A DNA stretch of 64,000 nt from Planctomycetota bacterium (GCA_963205185.1 CAUJHZ010000044.1:23640-87639), one strand, 5' to 3'. Counted from the stretch's first letter, positions 54,779 to 64,000 are shown. Notes: a model not told the origin generated them from the letters alone. Translations and numbers: made by a program.

Positions 54779-56799
54779 CGGTCCAGGCCGTACTCGGACC
54801 ACCGGTGCGTGACGCGCTGCCTGATTTCCTCGCTCATTTCGAGAATCGGCGGATAGTCACGCACCGGATGGCCATTCATGATCGAGCCGGCCTTCTTGGC
54901 GGTCGCGTCGAAGGCGACCCTTGCGCCGCGGCGGATCATGTCGCGGCCCGGGTCGCAGTTGGCGCACCAGAGAAAGAGCACGCCGTCGATGTCGCGCGGG
55001 TCGATGTCATCGACGAGGATGATCCAGTCGGGGGCCTCTAGGCTGGGGTCTTGAAGCCCCGCTTCGAGGGCGGCGCGGTGGTCGGTGGCGCCCGGATCTT
55101 CCAATCGCGCCAGCAGGCAGCGGCCCAGGCCGAACTTCGGCATGCAGCCGCTGACCCCGCCGCCGCTGTACTCGAGGGAACTGGCGAGGGTTTCTCTGTG
55201 CCGAGGTCGGGAGATGGGGATGCCGTTCACTTCCTCGCCGGCGATCTTGAGCGTCGCGTCGATGCCGAGTTTGTGTCCGGCGCCCAGGCGCGGCGCTGCG
55301 TGATCGAGAATGTCGAGCGGGCCGTTGACGAGTTCGAGGTCGCGCTCAAAATCGCAGTTGCGGAACATCGCTGAGAGCACTTCATCGCGCTTGTGCACGT
55401 TGACCTCTTCATCGACGACAATGATGAACTTGGTCCACGCCATCTGCCCGGCGCCCCAGACCGCGTGCATGACCCGCCGCGCCTGCAGCGGATACTCCTT
55501 GCGGATCTGGATGAAAGCGCAGTTGTGGAACGCGCCGAACATCGGCAGGTCGTAATCGATAATGTCGGGGATGATCGTGCGCAACAGCGGCAGCATGAGC
55601 CGCTCGGTCGCCTTGCCGAGGTAGTAATCCTCCTGCGGCGGCAGGCCGACGATCGTCGTCGGGTACACCGGGTTTCGCCGGTGCGTGACGGCTGAAACTT
55701 CGACGATCGGATAGCGGTCGGGCAGCGAGTAGTAGCCGGTGTGGTCGCCGAAGGGCCCTTCGAAGGCGGCGCCGGGGCCGAGCGGCTCGTCGCCCGCGCG
55801 GGGGTCAAAGCCGATGCCGCCGGCCTGCGTGCTGACCCAGCCTTCGATGATGATCTCGGCATTGGCGGGCACGTGCAGCGGGACCGTGCGGCACTTGACA
55901 AGCGGGATGCCGCGCCGATTGAGAAAGCCCGCCATGAGAAGTTCGCTCACACCCGGCGGCAGCGGGCACGTCGCGGCGTAAGGCAGCACGCTCTCGCCGC
56001 CGAATGCGATCGCAATGGGCATCGGTTGCCCCAGGCGCTTCCATGAGCGCCAGTGGCGTGCGCCATCGTGGTGCATGTGCCAGTGCATGATGAGCCGCGT
56101 GCGGTCAATCAGTTGCGCGCGGTACATGCCGATGTTGCGGCTGGGCGGCCTGGCCTTGCCGGCGTCGTTGGCGTGGATGGTGTACATGCCGGCGAAGGTG
56201 ATGAACCTCCCCTGGCCGAGGCTCATGTCGGGCTGGCCGGCTGGCGTCGGGTAGCCGACTGCGGCCAGATCGCCATCGAGCGGCCAGCACTTGTTGATCG
56301 GCAGTTCGAGCAGATTCACGCTGCTGCCGGTCTTGACGATTTGCTGGCACGGGCCGGAGCGCACGAGGCGCGGCGGGGTGCGCAGCAGGGGCGCCAGTTC
56401 GAGCGCCTTGCGCAGCATCGCGCCCAATCCCGCGGGCGGCTCGGGCCGGGTGAGTGATGCAATGCGATCGGCGATGGCCTCGAAGCCGCCGGGCGTATGG
56501 CCCTGGTCATGGCAGCCCAAGGCCATCTCCATGCGGTGGTAACTGCCAAACAGGTTGATGGCGACGGGAATGTCGGACTCGTCGCTCTGGATGTTCTCGA
56601 AGAGCAGCGCCGGGCCGCCGAGAGCAGCGTGATCAGGATCGACGATCTGGCCGGTCAGGCCGCGCGTCGGCGCTGGCGCCTTGCTCACGCGGTCGGTGAT
56701 CTCGGTGATTTCGAGCAGTGGCGAGACGGGCGCTTTGATGCGCACGAGTTCCCCGGCCCTCTCCAGCGCATCGATGAACTCGCCAAGCGATCGGTACAT
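54772..56799 (-). CDS. UbiD-family (prenylated-FMN-dependent) decarboxylase, long form
   Basis: MYRSLGEFIDALERAGELVRIKAPVSP.. and ..NIGMYRAQL..MHWHMHHDGA..FGDHTGYYS.. are typical UbiD motifs. At 675 aa it has insertions and a C-terminal extension. Confidence 0.9.
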   Translation of the reverse strand: MYRSLGEFIDALERAGELVRIKAPVSPLLEITEITDRVSKAPAPTRGLTGQIVDPDHAALGGPALLFENIQSDESDIPVAINLFGSYHRMEMALGCHDQGHTPGGFEAIADRIASLTRPEPPAGLGAMLRKALELAPLLRTPPRLVRSGPCQQIVKTGSSVNLLELPINKCWPLDGDLAAVGYPTPAGQPDMSLGQGRFITFAGMYTIHANDAGKARPPSRNIGMYRAQLIDRTRLIMHWHMHHDGARHWRSWKRLGQPMPIAIAFGGESVLPYAATCPLPPGVSELLMAGFLNRRGIPLVKCRTVPLHVPANAEIIIEGWVSTQAGGIGFDPRAGDEPLGPGAAFEGPFGDHTGYYSLPDRYPIVEVSAVTHRRNPVYPTTIVGLPPQEDYYLGKATERLMLPLLRTIIPDIIDYDLPMFGAFHNCAFIQIRKEYPLQARRVMHAVWGAGQMAWTKFIIVVDEEVNVHKRDEVLSAMFRNCDFERDLELVNGPLDILDHAAPRLGAGHKLGIDATLKIAGEEVNGIPISRPRHRETLASSLEYSGGGVSGCMPKFGLGRCLLARLEDPGATDHRAALEAGLQDPSLEAPDWIILVDDIDPRDIDGVLFLWCANCDPGRDMIRRGARVAFDATAKKAGSIMNGHPVRDYPPILEMSEEIRQRVTHRWSEYGLDRY

Positions 56800-56860
56800 G
56801 GTGAGACAGGATAGGAAGGCGGCGCGCGGCGGCGCGACCAGCTCGGGCTATGGTACCGCC

Positions 56861-57586
56861 GTGGCTGAGCGACTCTCGCTTCTCGATTATCTCCACTTCC
56901 TGCATCGCGCCTGGCGCTATCGACTGCGCTCCGAGCGCGCCGAACTTGCGTTCATGCGCGGCTGCGCCCTGAGAGGAAGGACAGCGATTGACATCGGCGC
57001 GCATCGCGGGCTCTACTCCTACTGGATGCACCGCGCCGTGGGGCCCGGCGGGCGGGTCGTCGCTTTTGAACCCCAGCCCGAGATGCAGCGGTGCCTGCGG
57101 CAGGCGCAAAGGTCGTTTCACCTTGACCGGGTCACGATCGAGCGCTGCGGCCTCTCCTCGGCGCCGGGCGCGATGCGGCTGGTGCGCGATCCCCACCACA
57201 CCGGCGGCGCGCGGCTCGATCGGTCCGGCAGTGCGGGCGGCGCTTCGCTCGAGTCATTCGAGGTGCCGGTGAAGACGCTCGATGCGGTATTCGACGCGTG
57301 GAATGGTCCGCCGGTCGCGTTCATCAAGTGCGATGTCGAAGGGCACGAGGCGGCGGTGTTCGAGGGCGGCCGGGCCCTGTTGGAGCGAGACCGGCCCACG
57401 CTGCTCGTCGAGGTGCACGACCGGCACGTGCGGGAGGGTTCGCTCTTTTCCCTGCTCGACGACGCGGGCTACGACGCTTTCATGCTCTGCGGGTCGGAAC
57501 TGGTACCCATGAGCGAGTACGACCGGATCCGGCCGGGGATCGACAAAGCGTATCTGAACTACGCGTTTGTGCCGCGGGGCGGGTGA
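56861..57586 (+). CDS. FkbM-family methyltransferase
   Basis: ..AIDIGAHRGLYSYWM..VVAFEPQP.. and ..FIKCDVEGHEAAVFEG... The start is uncertain. I prefer GTG 56861 because ATG 56798 would overlap the divergent UbiD start codon. Confidence 0.78.
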   Translation: MAERLSLLDYLHFLHRAWRYRLRSERAELAFMRGCALRGRTAIDIGAHRGLYSYWMHRAVGPGGRVVAFEPQPEMQRCLRQAQRSFHLDRVTIERCGLSSAPGAMRLVRDPHHTGGARLDRSGSAGGASLESFEVPVKTLDAVFDAWNGPPVAFIKCDVEGHEAAVFEGGRALLERDRPTLLVEVHDRHVREGSLFSLLDDAGYDAFMLCGSELVPMSEYDRIRPGIDKAYLNYAFVPRGG

Positions 57587-57898
57587 GTGGGAGGCGTGCA
57601 GGCGGGCGTGGTGATTGACCCCATTGCACCGGGGTCTACACTTGCCGGTCTCCAATCAGGGACCGGATGGGGCTGGCTTGTGGCTTGGCCCATCCATGGG
57701 GTATCGCGGCGCGGCCGGTCGATGCTCCAGTCTGCAGGGGACTTGGCCGCGGATCTGACCGTCCCGCGCTGGCGCTCCACGTCGGCAGGCTCGGTGGGCC
57801 GCGATTACGCAGTTTCGACTCGTCTCGGCTACGAGCCACATTCAGGAGCACACGCGGACGCCGCTTTGCCTGCTCGCGATCGCCTGATCGCGCACCAC

Positions 57899-57970
57899 TG
57901 GCCCGTGGTGTAATTGGCAACACAGCAGTTTTTGGTACTGTTATTCCTGGTTCGAGTCCAGGCGGGCCAG
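57899..57970 (+). tRNA. tRNA-Gln (anticodon TTG)
   Basis: Manual cloverleaf fold: acceptor TGGCCCG/CGGGCCA (U1-A72), D stem GTGT/ACAC, anticodon stem GCAGT/ACTGT with loop TTTTGGT, T arm CCTGG-TTCGAGT-CCAGG. Confidence 0.88.
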
Positions 57971-58011
57971 CTTTTGCAGTGCCGGCGGCGCACGCCCAGT
58001 CAGATCCGTTC

Positions 58012-58815
58012 ATGGCCAGCGCTTCGATCAATTCGAACTCCACTGCCGCCCGGGGCGAGCGCGCTCTGGCGGCGGTGATACTCGCCGCCGGGCGCTCCAA
58101 GCGCATGAAGTCCGATCTGGTCAAGGTGCTGCACCCGGTGTGCGAGCGGCCGATGGTGCAGTGGGTCGTCGAGGCGTGCCGGGCCGCGGGGTGCGATCGC
58201 ATTCTGCTGGTCATCGGCTACCAGGGTGAAAAGGTGCGGCAGGCGTTTGCGGGCCAGGACGATGTGGAATTCGCCGAGCAGCGCGAGCCGCTTGGGACCG
58301 GTCACGCCGTCATGCAGACCGAAGAGGCGCTGAGCGGCTTTGACGGCGACCTGCTCGTGCTGGCCGGCGACGGCCCGCTGATTCGCGCGCGGACGCTGCG
58401 GGAGCTGATCGCAGCCCATCGGCGCACGTTGGCCGCGGCGACGCTGGCGACAGCGCGGATCGCCGACCCGGCCGGCTACGGCCGCATCGTGCGCGACGCA
58501 GCCGGGCGGTTCGATCGCATCGTTGAAGACAAAGACGCGACGGCCGAGCAGAAGCGCATCAACGAAATCAATCCGAGTTACTACTGCTTCGATGCACGAC
58601 AACTGTTCGCGTCGCTGCGGCGCCTCACGAACGTCAACGCCAGCGGCGAGTACTATCTCACCGACGTGTGCGGCATCCTGCGCGGCGACGGCAAGCGCGT
58701 CGAAGTGATCGACGCCGTCAGCCCCGACGAAGTGCACAGCATCAACACGGCAGAGCAGCTCGAACACGTTTCTTCCATCCTCGCGAAACGACTTGCCGAG
58801 GGAGTGGCGCCTTGA
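58012..58815 (+). CDS. Sugar-1-phosphate nucleotidyltransferase resembling the N-terminal (uridyltransferase) domain of GlmU
   Basis: ..AVILAAGRSKRMKSDLVKVLHPV.., ..QREPLGTGHAV.., ..LVLAGDGPLI.. and ..NPSYYCF..EYYLTD... No left-handed beta-helix acetyltransferase domain follows. ATG 58012. Confidence 0.8.
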   Translation: MASASINSNSTAARGERALAAVILAAGRSKRMKSDLVKVLHPVCERPMVQWVVEACRAAGCDRILLVIGYQGEKVRQAFAGQDDVEFAEQREPLGTGHAVMQTEEALSGFDGDLLVLAGDGPLIRARTLRELIAAHRRTLAAATLATARIADPAGYGRIVRDAAGRFDRIVEDKDATAEQKRINEINPSYYCFDARQLFASLRRLTNVNASGEYYLTDVCGILRGDGKRVEVIDAVSPDEVHSINTAEQLEHVSSILAKRLAEGVAP

Positions 58816-58832
58816 ACAATTCCGACACGAGC

Positions 58833-59795
58833 ATGTTGCGCATCTTCGCCGGCCGCGGCAGCCGCCAGTTCGGCGAAAAGATCTGCGCCCACCTCGAGAT
58901 CCCGCCGGGCCAGAGCACGACCGAACTGTTCCCCGACGGCGAGATCATCGTCAAGATCGACGAGGACGTGCGCGGGCGTGACTGCTTCGTCGTGCTTCCG
59001 ACGTGCCAGCCGGTCAACGACAACCTCATCGAACTGCTCATCTTCATGGACTGTCTGCGGCGGGCGTCGGCGCGGCGCATCACCGCGGTTATGCCGTACT
59101 TCGGCTACGCGCGCCAGGACCGCAAGGACGAGGGCCGCACGCCGATCACCGCCAAACTCGTGGCGAACCTGATCACCACCGCCGGCGCCAACCGCGTGCT
59201 GGCGCTCGACCTGCACGCGGCCCAGATCCAGGGCTTTTTCGACATTCCGCTCGACCACCTCATGGCCGCGCCGGTTATCGTGGAATACCTCCAGTCGGTG
59301 CGCGAAGAACTCGGCGAGATCGTGCTCGTCTCGCCGGACGTGGGCAACGTGAAGGTTGCCAATATGTTCGCGAACGTGCTCGGCGGCGATCTGGCGATCA
59401 TCGACAAGCGCCGCCGCTCGGGCAAGCAGGTCGAAGCGGTGAACATGGTCGGCGAAGTGCGCGACCGCACCGTGCTCATGATCGACGACATGATCAGCAC
59501 GGCGGGCACGGTGACGGAAGCGGCGCGCGTGGTGATGGATCGCGGCGCCAGGCGCGTCATCGTCGCCGCGACGCATGGCGTGCTCGTGGGTCTGGCGCTG
59601 GAAAGGCTGGCCGAAGCTCCTATCGAGCGCATCATTCTGACGGATTCCATCCCGCTGAACGGGCGCTGCGGCCCGATCGCGGACAAACTGGTCGAACTTT
59701 CGGTCGCCCCGCTGTTCGGCGAGGCGATCCGCCGCATTCATCACAATGTTTCGGTATCGGCGCTGTTCCGAAACCGCGTCGGAAGCAAACGATAA
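58833..59795 (+). CDS. prs: Ribose-phosphate pyrophosphokinase
   Basis: ..FPDGEIIVKIDEDVRGRDCFVV..MPYFGYARQDRK..LDLHAAQIQGFFDIP..VSPDVG..IDDMISTAGT... ATG 58833 is preferred and TTG 58812 is the alternative. Confidence 0.93.
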   Translation: MLRIFAGRGSRQFGEKICAHLEIPPGQSTTELFPDGEIIVKIDEDVRGRDCFVVLPTCQPVNDNLIELLIFMDCLRRASARRITAVMPYFGYARQDRKDEGRTPITAKLVANLITTAGANRVLALDLHAAQIQGFFDIPLDHLMAAPVIVEYLQSVREELGEIVLVSPDVGNVKVANMFANVLGGDLAIIDKRRRSGKQVEAVNMVGEVRDRTVLMIDDMISTAGTVTEAARVVMDRGARRVIVAATHGVLVGLALERLAEAPIERIILTDSIPLNGRCGPIADKLVELSVAPLFGEAIRRIHHNVSVSALFRNRVGSKR

Positions 59796-59852
59796 TCGTC
59801 CGAAAGCGGGCGATGGTTTCATTTCACCCCCAGGGTTGAGATCGGAAAAGAC

Positions 59853-60509
59853 ATGGGAAGCACACCAACCGTTCAGGCCAGAAAGCGCGAGCGTCTCGGA
59901 AGCCGCTATGCCCGCCGACTTCGCGCCGGCGGCGAACTTCCGGCCGTGATTTACGGCCACCAGCAGGATCCGCTCGCCGTCAGCGTCAACGAGAAAGAAC
60001 TCATCACGCACCTGACGCACGGCCAGCGCGTCTTCAACGTGGCCGTTGAGGGCGGCGGCGCGGAGACGTGCCTGGTCAACGAACTGCAGTTCGACTATCT
60101 CGGCAACAACGTCATCCACGTGGACATGACGCGCATCGACCTCACCGAGGAAGTGAGCATCCACGTCTCCATCAAGCTCACGGGCAAGCCCGTCGGCCTC
60201 AAGACCGAGGGCGCGATTCTCCGGCTCGTCAAGGACAGCATCGGCATTTCCTGCCTCGCCGCCGACGTGCCCTCCGAGGCGATCGTGGTGGATGTGTCGG
60301 CGCTGGATGCCGGTGATTTCCTCACCGCGGGACAGATTCAACTGCCCGCCGGTCTCAAGCTGGACGAAGACGCCGGCGAAGTGATCGCGATGGTCTCGGT
60401 GGTCGCCGAAGAAGCCGAAGCCCCGGCCGAGGTCGAAGGCGCCGAGCCGGAGATCATCGGCGAGAAGAAGGAAGCCGAAGGCGAAGGCGAGGAAGCGGAG
60501 AAGGAATGA
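59853..60509 (+). CDS. rplY: 50S ribosomal protein L25 / general stress protein Ctc
   Basis: ..RRLRAGGELPAVIYGHQQDPLAVSV..VQFDYLGNNVIHVDMTRI.. with an acidic C-terminal tail. Confidence 0.9.
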   Translation: MGSTPTVQARKRERLGSRYARRLRAGGELPAVIYGHQQDPLAVSVNEKELITHLTHGQRVFNVAVEGGGAETCLVNELQFDYLGNNVIHVDMTRIDLTEEVSIHVSIKLTGKPVGLKTEGAILRLVKDSIGISCLAADVPSEAIVVDVSALDAGDFLTAGQIQLPAGLKLDEDAGEVIAMVSVVAEEAEAPAEVEGAEPEIIGEKKEAEGEGEEAEKE

Positions 60510-61105
60510 AGGTGATCGTCGGCCTGGGCAATCCCGGTCCCGCCTACCAGAACACGCGTCACAACGTGGGGTTCATGGCGATCGACCGTCTGGCGCAGCG
60601 GCTCGCCCCGGGGGCGCCGCTGCGCAGCCAGTTCCAGGCCGCCGTCACCGAGGTCCGGGCCGACGCGGACAAGTGCCTGCTCGTCAAGCCCATGACGTAC
60701 ATGAACCTCTCGGGAACGACCGTGGCCGAGATCGTGCGATTCTACAAGATGGATCCGGCGGACCTGCTCGTCATCACCGACGACGTGGCGCTGCCGCTGG
60801 GCGACATCCGCCTGCGCAAGGGCGGATCGGACGGCGGGCACAACGGCCTGGCGGACATCACGCGCCGGCTTGGCACCGAGACCTTCCCGCGCCTGCGGGT
60901 GGGGATCGATCCGCCCGGGCGCATCGCGCGCCACGACTATGTGCTGGGCCGGTTCACGCCCGAGCAGGGCCCGGTCATTGAGGAGCGGCTGGGCGTGATC
61001 GCCGACGCCGCGTGGTGCTGGGCCAACGATGGTATTGATACCGCGATGAACCGCTTCAACACGCGCAAGGCGCGCAAGGATGCATCGGAAGAACAAGAGG
61101 ACTGA
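60506..61105 (+). CDS. pth: Peptidyl-tRNA hydrolase
   Basis: MKVIVGLGNPGPAYQNTRHNVGFMAID..KPMTYMNLSG..DDVALPLGDIRLRKGGSDGGHNGL.. Confidence 0.95.
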   Translation: MKVIVGLGNPGPAYQNTRHNVGFMAIDRLAQRLAPGAPLRSQFQAAVTEVRADADKCLLVKPMTYMNLSGTTVAEIVRFYKMDPADLLVITDDVALPLGDIRLRKGGSDGGHNGLADITRRLGTETFPRLRVGIDPPGRIARHDYVLGRFTPEQGPVIEERLGVIADAAWCWANDGIDTAMNRFNTRKARKDASEEQED

Positions 61106-61169
61106 ACACACCGGCCGCGGCGCGGCCGCAACCCCTCCGCCGTTGAGCCGGCGGGAAAAGGAATTGAAC

Positions 61170-61613
61170 ATGACTGACCACAACGTGTACGAGTACGAGG
61201 CGATGTTTGTCTTCCCCCAGTCGCAGACGAGCGACCTGGCCGGGGCCGTCAAGCACATCGAAGAAATCATCGACCGCTCGGAAGCGGAACTGATCGCTCT
61301 GAGCAAGTGGGGCGAGAAGAACCTCGCCACGCCGATCGACAAGAACAAGCGCGGCCTGTTCCTGCTGGCCTACTTCCGCGCCCGCGGCACCCGCATGGCC
61401 AACATCGAGCGCGACTGCAACCTCTCGGAGATGATCTCGCGTTTCCTCATTATCCGCGCCGATCATCTCACGCTCGAGGAGATGCAGGCGACCGACGGGC
61501 GCGACAACCTCAGCGCCGAGTCGAGCCTGCGTTCGGAAGGTTCATCGCGCGAGGAGCGCCAGCCGGTGGGCGCTGCGGCGGGTGAGGATTCGGATTCGGC
61601 GTCCGAGGAGTAA
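61170..61613 (+). CDS. rpsF: 30S ribosomal protein S6 (with an acidic C-terminal extension)
   Basis: MTDHNVYEYEAMFVF.. and ..WGEKNLATPIDKNKRGLFLLAYF.. match the S6 pattern. I chose ATG 61170 inside ORF 61080..61613. Confidence 0.9.
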   Translation: MTDHNVYEYEAMFVFPQSQTSDLAGAVKHIEEIIDRSEAELIALSKWGEKNLATPIDKNKRGLFLLAYFRARGTRMANIERDCNLSEMISRFLIIRADHLTLEEMQATDGRDNLSAESSLRSEGSSREERQPVGAAAGEDSDSASEE

Positions 61614-61663
61614 GAGCGGCGGCCTGAGCGTACGATCGTCGAAGCGACGAAAGGTGGAGCAAC

Positions 61664-62113
61664 ATGGCGTCCTACAACAAAGTCCTGCTCATGGGCAACC
61701 TGACCCGCGACCCGGAACTGCGCTACACGGCGAGCAACCAGCCCGTGGCGCAGATCGGCCTGGCGGTGAATCGCTACTACACCTCGGGCAGCGGCGAAAA
61801 GAAGGAAGAGACGACCTTCGTGGACTGCGAAGCCTGGGGCCGCACGGCTGAACTCATCAATCAGTACTTCACCAAGGGCCGGCCGATCTTCATCGAAGGC
61901 CGGCTCAAACTCGACCAGTGGGAAGACCAGCAGGGGCAGAAGCGCTCGCGCCACAAAGTCGTCGTTGAATCATTCCAGTTCGTCGATTCGCGCAGCGGAG
62001 AAGGCGGCGGCGGTGAGAGCCGCGGGCCCGGCGCCCCGCGTCCGGCGCGCACCGGCGGCGCGCCGTCCGGCGGGCCGCATCAACCCATCGACGAGGAAGA
62101 CATCCCGTTCTGA
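61664..62113 (+). CDS. ssb: Single-stranded DNA-binding protein
   Basis: MASYNKVLLMGNLTRDPELRYT.., a Gly-rich linker, and the C-terminal ..DEEDIPF acidic tip. Confidence 0.95.
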   Translation: MASYNKVLLMGNLTRDPELRYTASNQPVAQIGLAVNRYYTSGSGEKKEETTFVDCEAWGRTAELINQYFTKGRPIFIEGRLKLDQWEDQQGQKRSRHKVVVESFQFVDSRSGEGGGGESRGPGAPRPARTGGAPSGGPHQPIDEEDIPF

Positions 62114-62190
62114 TATGCATTTCCCGTTGCGGTCCGGCGCGTGCCGGGCCGCTAACTTCCAAACCCATCAGATGATGGAAGGACAGCATC

Positions 62191-62760
62191 ATGGCCAAGA
62201 CTGTTGAATTGCTCCTCACGGAGAACATCGAGAACCTCGGCATCGTCGGCGACGTCGTCGATGTCAAGCCCGGCTACGCGCGGAACTACCTCGTGCCGCT
62301 GGGCTACGCCGTCAAACCCACGGAAGGCGCCAAGAAGGCGCTCGCCGCCCGCCGCGCCGAGGTCGAGCGCGAACTCGCCGCCCTGCGCAAGGAACTCGAG
62401 CAGCTCGTTGAGAAACTCGAGGGCTTTGAAGTGACGCTCGAGCGTTCGTGCAACGATCAGGGCTGGCTCTACGGCTCGGTCACGCAGCACGACATCTCCA
62501 CGGCGCTGCGCGAGGCGGGGTTCAACCGCGTCAGCGACCGGCACATCCGCATCGGCGCCGCGATCAAGCGCATCGATTCATACGACATCCCCGTGCAACT
62601 CGACAAGGACCTGCGCACGGAGATCAAGTTGTGGGTCGTGGCGGACCGCGAGCTGAACCTCGGCCGCTCCGAAGAAGAGGAATCGGCGGAGGGTGACGGC
62701 GAAGGCGCCGAGGCCGCCGCGCCAGGCGCCGAACCCGCGCCCGAGGCGGCCGGCAGCTGA
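62191..62760 (+). CDS. rplI: 50S ribosomal protein L9
   Basis: MAKTVELLLTENIENLGIVGDVVDVKPGYARNYLVPLGYAV.. followed by a long helix and a C-terminal domain. Confidence 0.93.
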   Translation: MAKTVELLLTENIENLGIVGDVVDVKPGYARNYLVPLGYAVKPTEGAKKALAARRAEVERELAALRKELEQLVEKLEGFEVTLERSCNDQGWLYGSVTQHDISTALREAGFNRVSDRHIRIGAAIKRIDSYDIPVQLDKDLRTEIKLWVVADRELNLGRSEEEESAEGDGEGAEAAAPGAEPAPEAAGS

Positions 62761-62789
62761 TTCCTGCGCCCGCTCAACACGATTTCCAG

Positions 62790-62826
62790 CGACGCAGTGG
62801 GCCCCACCCACTGCGTCGTTCGTTTG
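62790..62826 (+). terminator. Rho-independent terminator after rplI
   Basis: cgacgcagtggg-cccca-cccactgcgtcg (12-bp stem) followed by ttcgtttgtg. Confidence 0.75.
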
Positions 62827-62938
62827 TGCGGTCGTGCACGGCTCGGCAGCGGGGCGCGGCACTGATTGCTCGTATCATTGGGGACGGAGGTCAAGCGGCC
62901 CGCGCGGGCGGGTCGATGTAGTGGGTGCGAGGTGATCA

Positions 62939-64000
62939 GTGAAGAAGTCGATTCGGTTCTTTGGCGGGTGCAGTCGGTTCGCGGCAACGGTTCTGTTGGC
63001 GGTCATGCTTGCGGTTGCCGTGGCGCGGCCGGCGTCAGGGCAGATCCCGGTCAATCCTGACGAGGCCGCTGCGGCGACGATCGAACTCGCCCCGGCGGCG
63101 CGGCGTGCCGTTGAAGCGGCTTACCTCTCTGAAGACGAGCGCCGCGACAAGCGGATCTTTCACGGCGTGTGGAGCGACGCCGATCTCGATACCCCCGCTC
63201 GCCGCGCGCTGGCGGCGTGCATCGCCGGCGACTGGCTCAACGCCGTCTTCGACGGCTCGCATGCGCCGGTGCTGCTGCAGGCCGAGCGGCTGGTGGCGAT
63301 CGGCGAGACGGACGCGGCTCTGGCGCTGCTCGATGATGATCGCTCGCCGACGGCCTGCCGGCTTCGGGCCGAAGCGCTGGACTGGAACGGCCAGTTTGAG
63401 GCGGCGGATGCGGCGATCGATCCGGTCGTGGCGGCGCTGGAGGCGGGCGAGCTTTCCTCGGCTGTCGATCTGACCGAGGCCGCGCGCTGCCTGGCGCTCC
63501 GGGCACGGCTGCGCGGCGAGCCGGCGTCGCAGTACAGCGCCATCCTCGCCGTCACCGGCCGCGTTCACCAGACGATCGACCGGCTCTATTGGCCGGCCAA
63601 ACTGGTCGAGGCCGAACTCCTCGCCGACAAGAACAATCCGAAGGAAGCCGCGGCCGCCGCGACCGAAGTGCTCACGCTCAACCCGCGGTGCGCCCGCGCG
63701 TGGGCGATCATCGGGCAACTCAACCTCGACAGTTACAACTTCGCGGGCGCCGACTCGGTGGTGCAGGAACTCGACCGCCTCGCGACCGATCACATCGGCG
63801 CGAGGCTGCTGCTGACGCGGCTCGACCTGGTGCAGGCGATGGCCGACTCGGCAGAGCATCGCGTGGACCTGCTGCTGGGCGAGATGCCCCAGCACCGCGA
63901 TGCGCTGGCGCTGCGGGCGGCGGTGGAAGCGATCCGTTATGACGAAGACGGCCTGCACCTGGCGCTGCGCGATTTCGAGCAGATTTCGGGCCGCAACCCG
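62939..64000 (+). CDS. Secreted helical-repeat (TPR-like) hypothetical protein, 3' end outside the window
   Basis: This frame is not in the ORF track because it has no stop before the window end. GTG 62939 follows GAGGTG and an in-frame TGA at 62933. Signal-like VKKSIRFFGGCSRFAATVLLAVMLAVAVARPASGQ. The third codon positions are GC-rich and the body is rich in Ala and Leu. Confidence 0.5.
   Translation, partial: MKKSIRFFGGCSRFAATVLLAVMLAVAVARPASGQIPVNPDEAAAATIELAPAARRAVEAAYLSEDERRDKRIFHGVWSDADLDTPARRALAACIAGDWLNAVFDGSHAPVLLQAERLVAIGETDAALALLDDDRSPTACRLRAEALDWNGQFEAADAAIDPVVAALEAGELSSAVDLTEAARCLALRARLRGEPASQYSAILAVTGRVHQTIDRLYWPAKLVEAELLADKNNPKEAAAAATEVLTLNPRCARAWAIIGQLNLDSYNFAGADSVVQELDRLATDHIGARLLLTRLDLVQAMADSAEHRVDLLLGEMPQHRDALALRAAVEAIRYDEDGLHLALRDFEQISGRNP

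Noticed and set aside
56797-56800. ATG 56798 as the start of the FkbM methyltransferase gene
   Set aside because: It would overlap the start codon of the divergent UbiD gene (tacatg), leaving no room for promoters. A downstream in-frame GTG (56861) is more plausible, although this is unproven.
62961-63958. Track ORFs 62961..63473(+) and 63035..63958(-)
   Set aside because: Both are Arg/Pro-rich. A third frame, starting at GTG 62939, is open to the window end. It has a Shine-Dalgarno site, a signal peptide and GC-rich third positions, and explains the region better.

Overview
The window is visibly GC-rich bacterial chromosomal DNA. It is most likely from a Planctomycetota (Phycisphaerae-like) genome. 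That is inferred from a DUF1559 prepilin-like gene, a giant PVC-type dehydrogenase/HEAT/cytochrome c protein, a PEP-CTERM tail, and HAF-repeat and choice-of-anchor-like secreted proteins. I support about 60 CDS, 2 tRNAs (Val-TAC, Gln-TTG), no rRNA, no CRISPR array and no recognisable transposase.

Housekeeping genes:
- nuoD and nuoB, both orphan
- mltA, eno, pyrC, gdhA, ybeY, apbC/mrp, pgi
- crcB plus a DUF190 gene
- prs, rplY, pth, rpsF, ssb, rplI
- an LPS-heptose pair (GT9 heptosyltransferase plus gmhB) and a UbiD-family decarboxylase
- two ECF sigma / anti-sigma / secreted-protein triads

Most interesting content, all read from the sequence:
- (1) Three paralogous two-gene cassettes lie at about 15.3-20.0 kb (minus strand), 23.6-25.9 kb and 39.0-41.1 kb. 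Each has a near-identical ~190-nt non-coding leader. Gene 1 follows and ends in a Cys-rich ...CPxCxQ module. Gene 2 is a secreted HAF-repeat protein with a near-identical ~95-aa C-terminal domain. A 3' array of AGGCAY heptamers with variable copy number closes the cassette. The ends are conserved while the cores are strongly diverged, so the loci are mosaic.
- (2) A ~95-105-aa beta-rich C-terminal domain occurs 8 times in the window, in three subtypes with invariant extreme C-termini. It sits on protein families that normally carry PEP-CTERM-type anchors, so it is a candidate lineage-specific sorting or anchoring domain.
- (3) A 314-bp inverted repeat pair brackets the 3.6-kb LPS-heptose segment.
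- (4) A translationally coupled operon encodes a membrane protein, a B12-binding radical SAM enzyme and a second membrane protein, next to an ICMT-like methyltransferase gene.

Limits: no database search or computation was possible. Family calls rest on recognised motifs, start codons were chosen by hand, and all identity figures are manual counts.
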